This document shows, piece after piece, positions 40,383 through 48,267 of a stretch of 58,445 nucleotides of DNA. Both the position numbers and the translations under genes were made by a program. Each line of letters opens with the position of its first letter. Position 1 is the stretch's first letter. The stretch covers positions 1-58,445 of the forward strand of contig CALVOB010000018.1 in the NCBI GenBank assembly GCA_944350095.1, given 5' to 3'. The notes under the pieces were generated by a model, which saw only the letters and a list, made by a program, of their open reading frames with translations, was not told the DNA's origin and did not search any database. The stretch comes from an uncultured Clostridia bacterium (GTDB taxonomy: Bacteria; Bacillota; Clostridia; Christensenellales; UBA1242).

Positions 40383-41888
40383 TCATCCATAAACTGAAAG
40401 CACCACTTCTGGACAAGAAATTTCCGCATTTCCATTTTCCGTGATAAAGCTTAATTGAATATACTCTCCACGAACATTTGTTCTCACTCTTTGCGTTCCA
40501 TCTTTTCCTAAAATTTCATATTCTTTTTCTTCAATATCAGATTTTACAACTATTTTACAATCATACTTACTTTTTATAAAAACTTCTTTTATACGCTTTT
40601 GCTTACCAGCATAACCTAAATTAGAATTAGGAGAAAGCCACACACTTTTTAAAACTTCCCCAAACACTGTTCCATCATGAGTTAACTCACCCATTTTATT
40701 GGCATAAGTTCCATTAAAACAAGCAACAAGTTTAGATACTTCTCCTTCTTCAAGGCTAATCATTTTATTTATATCAACACCACGCATAATGTTTATATCA
40801 CCAGACTTTAAGTCATATTCAATAAGAGCATTGTTTATAAATTCACCCGTTTCACAACCAATTTTTTCATCGTCTGGAAAATTGAGTTTACAAGCTAAAT
40901 AATATTTGCCGTTATGAAAAACGCTAGACGCATTTTCATTCTCAACACCCTCAAACATACTCTCTATTCCAAGGTCAAGTTTTGTTGTTGTATAGCCACT
41001 AAAATAATGAACACCGTCTTTGGCTAAAAACATTATTCTATCTCCGCACGAACAAACTGTTCCACCATATATTTTAACGCTTGATATGAATAATTGACTT
41101 ACACTAAAATCTTCAAGCGAGCCATAAGCCGAAACTCTGGCAACACCATAATCACGAAATACATATACATAATCATTAAAAGATAACACTGCACACATAC
41201 TTCCGCGCTCATCTACCATTTGAATAAAGCCAGCTTCATCTAATTCATAATTCCATGCTGTAGGGTCTAAATTTGCGCTAAAAACAAGAGTGTTTCTTTC
41301 GCCCTCTAAAATGGCAAATAATCTTTCATAATGAATACAAACTGATACAAGTTTTGGTGCATCATCATAGGTTTTTGCTAAATAATTTTGTGTAAACACA
41401 AGCATTGAATCGGTTGGAGATGAAAAAATCATACAATCTTCACCATTAAGTCTATAATTTATAGCAACAGGAACGCTTGTAAACAATGGAATGTCTGGAA
41501 CTTTAAAAGAATTAGAAACATAATGTAAAACATCAAAATAACAAAGGTCACCATCTTGTGTGGTGTACATAATTTTATGTTTTCTCTTTTCAGTTAAATT
41601 GTCGTAATACCTAAAATGCCAAAGATTTGTTATGTTTTTATTTTCATAAATTTCTATAACTCTATTTTCACCAAACTCATCGGGTATAGTGTTTGGAAGC
41701 GTAAGTTCTTTAAAGCCAAGCCCTGTTTTTAATGCGCCGTTTTTAACTTGATAATTGTATACAAGTTTGCCTTGTTTGTGTGGAAGAAGATTATCATCTA
41801 TTTCTGTGTTCATACCAGAAGCAAAACTAGAATAAGTAATTTTATAATTTTTTGTGGACTTTGTTTTAACCTTATTTGAATAAAACAC
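40383..41888 (-). CDS. Phage-module structural protein (about 501 aa), beta-rich; tail/nozzle/receptor-binding candidate
   Basis: Position after the connector-like gene. Preferred start is the GTG at 41888, 8 nt after AGGAGG and overlapping the upstream TAG; the track start at 41897 abuts the RBS. Confidence 0.5.
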   Translation of the reverse strand: MFYSNKVKTKSTKNYKITYSSFASGMNTEIDDNLLPHKQGKLVYNYQVKNGALKTGLGFKELTLPNTIPDEFGENRVIEIYENKNITNLWHFRYYDNLTEKRKHKIMYTTQDGDLCYFDVLHYVSNSFKVPDIPLFTSVPVAINYRLNGEDCMIFSSPTDSMLVFTQNYLAKTYDDAPKLVSVCIHYERLFAILEGERNTLVFSANLDPTAWNYELDEAGFIQMVDERGSMCAVLSFNDYVYVFRDYGVARVSAYGSLEDFSVSQLFISSVKIYGGTVCSCGDRIMFLAKDGVHYFSGYTTTKLDLGIESMFEGVENENASSVFHNGKYYLACKLNFPDDEKIGCETGEFINNALIEYDLKSGDINIMRGVDINKMISLEEGEVSKLVACFNGTYANKMGELTHDGTVFGEVLKSVWLSPNSNLGYAGKQKRIKEVFIKSKYDCKIVVKSDIEEKEYEILGKDGTQRVRTNVRGEYIQLSFITENGNAEISCPEVVLSVYG

Positions 41889-42451
41889 TAAATCCACCTC
41901 CTAGATGGTAATCTTATTTCGCTTTTTTTAGAATAGGCTTCTTTTAGTCCACTATAAAATCTTGTTTCCCATACTTCTGCATCATCATAAAGCCCTGTAA
42001 TTAAACAAAATTCCATTGCTATGCCATAAGCAAGAACTCTATCTTGAATTTTACCGCCAAACATGAAAACTTCGTCTTCAAATGATAACTCTTCTGGAGC
42101 GTAGCTATATGTTAATTGTGCACAAAGAACATTTGCATGAATTCCATCTTCTTCAAGAGAATATGGTATATTTTTTCCATTGGCATAGAGTTTTCTAATT
42201 TCTGTTATGGTTTTTGACAATTTGTTATAAGCAAGCACCCCATCTATGAAAACAACTTGTTCAGTTTTTATAAGTGGAATATAAGCAGTAGCTATTTCAT
42301 TATAAACAAGGTTAAAACATTTTTTTAAATGTTCTATTTCTGTATTTTCAAGAGTTGGAATTGTGGTTTGCTCACCAAATGGAGAATATATAAGCAAATC
42401 CTCCCTGTTTAAAAACATTAACGCAAGTTTTAATATTTCCTTAACTTTCAT
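41888..42451 (-). CDS. Head-tail connector/adaptor-like protein (187 aa)
   Basis: Called from position and size, plus an N-terminal MKVKEILKLALMFLNREDLL pattern reminiscent of gp6-like connectors. Weak. Confidence 0.35.
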   Translation of the reverse strand: MKVKEILKLALMFLNREDLLIYSPFGEQTTIPTLENTEIEHLKKCFNLVYNEIATAYIPLIKTEQVVFIDGVLAYNKLSKTITEIRKLYANGKNIPYSLEEDGIHANVLCAQLTYSYAPEELSFEDEVFMFGGKIQDRVLAYGIAMEFCLITGLYDDAEVWETRFYSGLKEAYSKKSEIRLPSRRWI

Positions 42452-42710
42452 ATACTCCTCTCTTTCTATTTTCTTCGTCTAGTTCTTTTAATAATCTATC
42501 CCGATTTTCAACACGGGTTTGATTAACAAAATCTATTGTACGAGAGTCTAATTCATCAAAAGGAACAGTCAGACAATATGTGTCTGACTGCCCACTGTGA
42601 TGAATTTCATACTTTTTCTTTTTCGTGTTATAGAGGATAAAATATTTGAAATCTATCTCTTTTAGCCTTTGGCTGATGTAATAAACATCATTTTTTATTT
42701 CAATTAGCAT
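42441..42710 (-). CDS. Hypothetical phage-module protein (89 aa)
   Basis: Strong AGGAGGAG RBS and translational coupling to the next gene. Confidence 0.5.
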   Translation of the reverse strand: MLIEIKNDVYYISQRLKEIDFKYFILYNTKKKKYEIHHSGQSDTYCLTVPFDELDSRTIDFVNQTRVENRDRLLKELDEENRKRGVYES

Positions 42711-42731
42711 TTTTCTCCTCCTATTTTTAAG

Positions 42732-42810
42732 GCAAGGAAGTGCCGACTTTAAAAAGTCGGCTGGCGATGAAATCGCCTAAAAATTTTTACAAAAATTTTT
42801 ACTTCCTTGC
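42732..42810 (-). repeat. Four-way-junction palindromic element (subfamily II copy) abutting the capsid stop codon
   Basis: Outer GCAAGGAAGT/ACTTCCTTGC encloses GCCGACTTT/AAAGTCGGC, GGCGAT/ATCGCC and TAAAAATTTTT/AAAAATTTTTA. Confidence 0.7.
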
Positions 42811-44046
42811 TTAATTTCCTGCGTTAGTTTCTTGAATAGCAGTAACAATATCACTAAACGGACTAGAAACAGTAGCAGATATATTAGAAATTTTAGCCTG
42901 ACCATTAGGTCTATCGCAAATAAGGTCTGCGTATTTAACAAGAGTAGCTGAATATGTAGGATAACCAGCGTTTTGTTTGATAACTTTTCCGTCGTCACCT
43001 TCAAGCCATTTCCAGTCGCAAAGTTGATGAAGTGTAAAATCATTAGTATTAAGTAAATACATAGTTCCATCTTCAACAAATCTATCTGCAACAACAGGAA
43101 TACCGTTGTAAGTTATAGCTTTATATCCACCGCTAAGCTCACAAACATCTATGTTTCTTCTAAACTTAGTTAAATAATCTTGATAAGCTCTTCTAACCTT
43201 TGTTGAACAAGAAATAAAGTTTACTTCACTTCCGCTAGCCTGCTCTAAGAAATCTATTGCATCTTGAATTAAAATGTCAGAAATTTCTGTAGCAGTGTTA
43301 GAAACATAAGGGTTAAGCCAAGGATATTCGCTTTTTGTTAAACCATAAAGTGTAGCATCAGCACCAAAAATAGCACCTAATCCTGTAATTTCGTATCCCT
43401 TAGAATTTTGAACATAAATTTTAGAACCGCTTGCAATGCTAGCACTAAAAGAAGATTCAAAATCTAAATAAATCCTTTTGTTAGTTCTATCCACAAAAGT
43501 AACTCTATATCCACTTGCATCTTCAATTTTAGAATCTGCATTATAAATATCTACAACCATACCTTCTATAAAATTTCTTACATCGTCCATTTGAAGATAT
43601 TTTTCAGAATTAGAATAAACTTTTGTTGTTGTTCCAAGAAGACCTGTACCATCACCATAAAGCATTCTTCCAAGATTAAAACTACTAGCTTTTATTAAGC
43701 CTTCCATTTCATCATTAAGTAAATTTACAAATGCACCTGCATTATTTGCAGAAGCTCTAATAGCCTTATCAGAAATTTCAATTTTTCCATAAAGGTTTTT
43801 AAGTGATGTTTTGAATTGAACATAATTATTCCCCGCAGCCTTTGGAAGAGGGTCTGTTTCGTCACCAGCACCTATACCGCCGTTAATACCATAAGGTGCA
43901 AGTTTAATAATTTCTTTTCCCCACACATCTTGTGAAGATTGTTTAATTTTGCCAAGAAGAGGATTAGCATTTATATTAAGTTGATTTGCAACAACTCCAA
44001 GATAAACACTTTTTAACGCCTCGTTAGCACTTGAAATTGAAACCAT
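42811..44046 (-). CDS. Major capsid protein (HK97-fold candidate, 411 aa)
   Basis: Lies directly after the scaffold gene. Size and the LYGKIEISDKAIRAS..A.V..L..E..GL......N..R.LYGDGTG pattern resemble phage capsid families. Confidence 0.7.
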   Translation of the reverse strand: MVSISSANEALKSVYLGVVANQLNINANPLLGKIKQSSQDVWGKEIIKLAPYGINGGIGAGDETDPLPKAAGNNYVQFKTSLKNLYGKIEISDKAIRASANNAGAFVNLLNDEMEGLIKASSFNLGRMLYGDGTGLLGTTTKVYSNSEKYLQMDDVRNFIEGMVVDIYNADSKIEDASGYRVTFVDRTNKRIYLDFESSFSASIASGSKIYVQNSKGYEITGLGAIFGADATLYGLTKSEYPWLNPYVSNTATEISDILIQDAIDFLEQASGSEVNFISCSTKVRRAYQDYLTKFRRNIDVCELSGGYKAITYNGIPVVADRFVEDGTMYLLNTNDFTLHQLCDWKWLEGDDGKVIKQNAGYPTYSATLVKYADLICDRPNGQAKISNISATVSSPFSDIVTAIQETNAGN

Positions 44047-44055
44047 AATTTTCTC

Positions 44056-44658
44056 CTATTTAAAAAATTTCTCTACAATTTTTTTAGCATCATTTAAATT
44101 TTTAGGGTTAAATTCCTCTTTTGAAGAAAGTTTAGCCCCGTTACCACCAGAAATTACAGGCGGAGCAACTTTTAGTTCCTTTAAATAGCTTTGCAAAACT
44201 TGTTTTTTAATTTCTTCATTATTAAAAACATAAGAATTTAAAAAGGTTTTATCACTAACCAATTTTTCTGGTTCAACATATTTTTTCATGGCTATGCTAG
44301 ACCATGCAAGTTCCAAAGCATTTTCTTTAGATTTTAGTTCAGAATTATTTAAAATCTCCTCAGAAATTTCTTTGGAATATTTTTTAGCCTCTGGATTTTT
44401 TTCTAAAAAATTGGCTACGCGTCTATTCCAATCTTCTTCATTATAGATAGTTTTATTTTTTTCATTTTCCAGAGCACTTAATTTTTGACACTTCTTAGTA
44501 AACTCTGCCTGCAAATTGTTATAGGCGTTAAGTAAACTTTGTGCGTCTTTAAATTTTCCAAGGGAGCCATCACTTTCAAGATTTGCTGTGCCACTAATGC
44601 AATCCTTTTGCACCTCACTATCAAGATTTGGTTGTTCCCTAATAACATTTTCTTCCAT
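44056..44658 (-). CDS. Scaffolding protein
   Basis: Acidic helical 200-aa protein between portal and capsid genes. Carries the GKFKDAQSLLNAYNNLQAEFTKK motif common in phage scaffolds. Confidence 0.55.
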   Translation of the reverse strand: MEENVIREQPNLDSEVQKDCISGTANLESDGSLGKFKDAQSLLNAYNNLQAEFTKKCQKLSALENEKNKTIYNEEDWNRRVANFLEKNPEAKKYSKEISEEILNNSELKSKENALELAWSSIAMKKYVEPEKLVSDKTFLNSYVFNNEEIKKQVLQSYLKELKVAPPVISGGNGAKLSSKEEFNPKNLNDAKKIVEKFFK

Positions 44659-46499
44659 TATTTATTTTCTCCTACTATAGATAAAATTTGTTTATGCGTT
44701 CTTATATGTTTTAAAAGCTCTTCTTTTTGTTTCTCTGTAAGTTCGTTAGCCAAATAAAATGATGTATGCTCATCTATATGCAAACTATGATTGTCTATCT
44801 CACAAGGCTCTGGCATACTTCCTTCTAAAAGCATAGCATTTTCTTTACTAGCTCTTTTTGTGTGTTGCTCATTTAAATCTTGTGAATTTTCCCAAATTCC
44901 AAACCCTAAAAGCTCCAATGCTTTTATTCTCATACGGTTACTTAATTTTCCGTTTTCGTCATGAAGAAGACCAGCATTTAAAAGTTCAAGCACCATACTT
45001 CTACGCTGAGCCAAGCTTTCATTTATTTCATTTTCTGTTTCAAAAACAACTTCATCAGAAGTTATATCAGCTGATGTAAAGTATAAAACTTCAAGGTCAC
45101 CATTTTCACCTACAATCTTTAAAAGTCTAGGAAGAGTAGCAAATTGTTTGTAAAGCCTTAAAACTTGTTGCGCCATTCTTCTTAGTGCCTCTCTAATATT
45201 TTCAGCCGTAACTGAAATTCTGGTTTCATCTTGGTCAATCAAAAGTTGAAGAGCCGTTCCACTTAAACTATTAGTTATTGTGCTATCATTTAAAATATCA
45301 GAAGTTCCACTAACCACAGTAAACTCATTTAAAAGCCTTTCTTCTTCATAAGTAAAATCTAACGGCACACTACCTGTGCTTAAATATTTTGGAGCAGAAG
45401 AACCTTGCCTATAAACAAGCACTTTGCCAGGACATAAACCTTCTTCTTCTAAATTTTCTGTATCCACAGAGCCATCTTCTACTGTTAAAATCCCCATAGA
45501 AAGTCTGTTTAAAAACTCGTGCTTTCTATTTTTGATTGCATTATAAGAGCGTTGAAGTGGAATAACTCTTTCCACAATGCTAGTTCCCCAAAAACTACCC
45601 GTTTGGTCACAAGCAACTTGTCTAATAAATGGGAATCCTCTTTTGCCATCTTCACCATTAATAAAAGGCAGTTCCCCAACATACAAAAGTTTATCCCCTG
45701 CAACTATAACAAGTCTACCATTAGGATATTTAATAGTTGGAGCTTCATATCGTTCGATTACTATTGCATAATTATCTCGTGAAGAAGATATAACCTTGTT
45801 TACATTTGTGTTATATCCAAGCCCACCCATATTTCTAGATACACCATCTAGTGAAAAAACATTTAAGGTTTCGCCTTTAACATCTACACCCCACTTATTT
45901 TTAATTTCGTCTACATGATAAGCTTTTGCATGAATTAAACTTCTACAATCCTCGATATTTGCACAATTTACGCTTTCAGGGTATATTTCAAAAGGAGATA
46001 CCGCAGTTATTTCGATATCTCCCATAGTTATATTTTCACCTTTATTATTTTTTGCTAAAAAATTTCCTTTTGCACTATTCCAAATAATTTTATAAAAAGA
46101 AGTTCCACAAATTTCGCTCCACTTTGTAGCTTCTGTAATTACATTATAAACATTTAATTTGTTATATATAGAATTTACAATTTTTTTAGATATTTTAGCC
46201 GTTTTAATATCTCTTTCATCTCCCGATGATGGAATAACCGTCATAGTAGGACGAACTCTTTGAAGTTTTGCCATTCTTCTTTCTATTAGCGGTGCTATGT
46301 GATTATAAACTTCATGTTCTTGCCAAAAAAATTGTTTTTCAAAGTCAGTAATTTCGCCGTTATAACCAATGCCACAATATTGATTACCCATAACAAAATT
46401 CATATTTAATTGCCACTGTGCTTCAAAACTTCTTTTTTCTTCTTGTCTTTTTTTAAAGTCTTCTATAACTTCATTTACTAATTTTTCTTCAACTTTCAT
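44658..46499 (-). CDS. Portal protein (613 aa)
   Basis: Called from synteny (upstream of scaffold and capsid) and size. TAATG stop-start overlap with the scaffold gene. Confidence 0.6.
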   Translation of the reverse strand: MKVEEKLVNEVIEDFKKRQEEKRSFEAQWQLNMNFVMGNQYCGIGYNGEITDFEKQFFWQEHEVYNHIAPLIERRMAKLQRVRPTMTVIPSSGDERDIKTAKISKKIVNSIYNKLNVYNVITEATKWSEICGTSFYKIIWNSAKGNFLAKNNKGENITMGDIEITAVSPFEIYPESVNCANIEDCRSLIHAKAYHVDEIKNKWGVDVKGETLNVFSLDGVSRNMGGLGYNTNVNKVISSSRDNYAIVIERYEAPTIKYPNGRLVIVAGDKLLYVGELPFINGEDGKRGFPFIRQVACDQTGSFWGTSIVERVIPLQRSYNAIKNRKHEFLNRLSMGILTVEDGSVDTENLEEEGLCPGKVLVYRQGSSAPKYLSTGSVPLDFTYEEERLLNEFTVVSGTSDILNDSTITNSLSGTALQLLIDQDETRISVTAENIREALRRMAQQVLRLYKQFATLPRLLKIVGENGDLEVLYFTSADITSDEVVFETENEINESLAQRRSMVLELLNAGLLHDENGKLSNRMRIKALELLGFGIWENSQDLNEQHTKRASKENAMLLEGSMPEPCEIDNHSLHIDEHTSFYLANELTEKQKEELLKHIRTHKQILSIVGENK

Positions 46500-46509
46500 A
46501 ATTTCTCCT

Positions 46510-46719
46510 TTAAATTTTGCTTAACCTTTTAGGTGAATAAGGTGCATCTAAGCTTCTTGGTATAATACTTCTTCCAAGCTCCTCAAAAAGCTCCTTTTTA
46601 CAATTTTCACAAAAGTGAATTTTAGGGCTAAATCGTTTTCTAGTAAAAAAGCAATATTTAGCCTCATTTTTACAACCCAGCATATCGCAAGTAGCCTTGT
46701 AAGAAATTTCTCTAATCAT
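46510..46719 (-). CDS. Small zinc-ribbon protein (69 aa)
   Basis: C..C(x)..FCENC cysteine pairs. Confidence 0.5.
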   Translation of the reverse strand: MIREISYKATCDMLGCKNEAKYCFFTRKRFSPKIHFCENCKKELFEELGRSIIPRSLDAPYSPKRLSKI

Positions 46720-47002
46720 AATCCTCCTCTTCTAAAAGCTTAATAAGTCTGTTGCGTTCAGCTTTTAATTCTTCATCAGTCATAAGTTCAATTTCTTCCC
46801 TGCTTAAATTTCCATATCTTTCAATTAAAATTTTCATAGCAGAGATATCAGGTGCATAATGTTTTTTAGTAACTTTCTTTTTGCAAAGTTTAGCAGTACC
46901 CTCTTCATCAAAGGAATACTCTTCAACAACTTCATCTGCGTCATATCCTAACGCTCTTTTTATCAAAGCCTTCTTTAATTTTTTCTCGTTAAATTCCTCC
47001 AT
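46712..47002 (-). CDS. Terminase small-subunit-like fragment (96 aa, no HTH)
   Basis: ALGYDADEVVEEY..KKKVTKKHYAPDISAMKILIE resembles the C-terminal half of Firmicute phage TerS proteins. From memory only. Confidence 0.35.
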   Translation of the reverse strand: MEEFNEKKLKKALIKRALGYDADEVVEEYSFDEEGTAKLCKKKVTKKHYAPDISAMKILIERYGNLSREEIELMTDEELKAERNRLIKLLEEEDYD

Positions 47003-47119
47003 AAAAAACCTTCTTAAATTAAAAAAGTTACCGCCGAAAATTTCCGCGATAACTTTAATTACCTATATTTTATTTTATAAATATAAAAAATTCAATTCCA
47101 CATGACAAAATAAGGTTTA

Positions 47120-48022
47120 TTACATTCCTTGACCGCCTGATGCTCCATCCTGCACAGTTTTTACTTTAGTTGTAATATTAAGTGTATAATCAACACCTTG
47201 AGTTAATTCAGGTACTACAAACTTTGTAATAAATATGTGCTTATCTGGAATCATTCCTCCATGAAAAGTTAAATCAAAGTCTGCTTGATCTGTAATTATA
47301 TCTCCTTCCCTAAGCATAAAGGGTTCAGATGTAGATAATGTTACTTCTTCACCATTAATAAAAACATTACTATGGTTTGAACCTGAAGATAGATACAATT
47401 CCGCATAAACAGGTGTATACTTTTCAAAAACAAATTCCGCATTAAGTTGTCTTTCTTCTCCTGTAAATGACTTTGTAAAATCATTTAATCTTATTGTTAT
47501 TGTATAAGTATAAGGGCTAACTGTTCCAGTATATGCTGGCAATATTATAGAACCTTCCTTACTTTCTATTACATTACTATCGCCAAATAAAGTTTTTAAA
47601 GCATATAAATTTATAGATTTTCTAACTAAAACTTCTGTTTCTGTGTAATTTGTAAATGTAAATTCATATTTTACTACATTCTCAGTAGTTGTAAATGTTA
47701 CATCTGTTCCTGCTGACCATGTTGCTTCTGTGCTTCCGTTGCTTGTTACAAATTTATCTGTTTGAGCACCGCTTGGCTTAGCGTCACTGTCGCTTACAGG
47801 TTTATATGAATATCCTTTTATATTAGATAAGCTTGTTTGGCTTGTTGCTGTGCCCTGTTTAATATCCCCTTGAAGCATTACATACACGCCCTCTGCTGTA
47901 AAAGATAGATTACTTGTAACATTAAAACTTACTGTACCTACTGCTAGCACTCCCACTACAAATAAACCTAATGTAAAACATAATGTGCTAATTAATGCTA
48001 TTATCTTTGTTCTTTTATTCAT
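47120..48022 (-). CDS. Membrane-anchored surface protein (300 aa), paralog of the LRR protein N-domain
   Basis: It shares several motifs with the 969-aa protein: VGVL, NVTS..SF.A.GVYV, GYSY, SNG...W..G..V.F..EN..Y..FTNY.E and YTIT..L..F..SF. Confidence 0.65.
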   Translation of the reverse strand: MNKRTKIIALISTLCFTLGLFVVGVLAVGTVSFNVTSNLSFTAEGVYVMLQGDIKQGTATSQTSLSNIKGYSYKPVSDSDAKPSGAQTDKFVTSNGSTEATWSAGTDVTFTTTENVVKYEFTFTNYTETEVLVRKSINLYALKTLFGDSNVIESKEGSIILPAYTGTVSPYTYTITIRLNDFTKSFTGEERQLNAEFVFEKYTPVYAELYLSSGSNHSNVFINGEEVTLSTSEPFMLREGDIITDQADFDLTFHGGMIPDKHIFITKFVVPELTQGVDYTLNITTKVKTVQDGASGGQGM

Positions 48023-48110
48023 ATATTTTTCTCCTGTTTTTATTTACTTATTATTATAACTTAATATTTTAAAAATATCAAATAAATATAATAAATAATT
48101 TTTACAAAAA

Positions 48111-48138
48111 AATTTACCCCCCCCCGCATTTTTGTCAA
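48111..48138 (-). promoter_or_regulatory. Promoter TTGACA-16 nt-TAAATT with a G9 tract inside the spacer
   Basis: Minus strand reads TTGACA AAAATGC-G9 TAAATT. It lies about 90 nt upstream of the 300-aa gene and just downstream of a terminator. Confidence 0.5.
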
Positions 48139-48198
48139 CTAAAAAACAACATTTTTCAAAAATTTTTTTATGCAACTTATTAATATTTTATTTTAAAT

Positions 48199-48239
48199 AA
48201 AAAAGCGAACCATTTAAGTATAATACTTTTGTGGTTCAC
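48199..48239 (-). terminator. Rho-independent terminator after the 1115-aa gene
   Basis: Minus-strand stem GUGAACCA/UGGUUCGC (one G-U, which would be a C-A mismatch on the other strand), followed by U6. Confidence 0.65.
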
Positions 48240-48267
48240 TTATTTTTACAAGTTTTAAATATAAATA

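Noticed and set aside
47006-47119. Possible fifth nested-stem element after the 300-aa gene (AAACCTT at 47006-12 pairing with AAGGTTT at 47113-19)
   Set aside because: The interior hairpins are imperfect (bulges, a C-C mismatch) or AT-only, and the left arm is simply the RBS of the next gene. This is not comparable to the four clean junctions.
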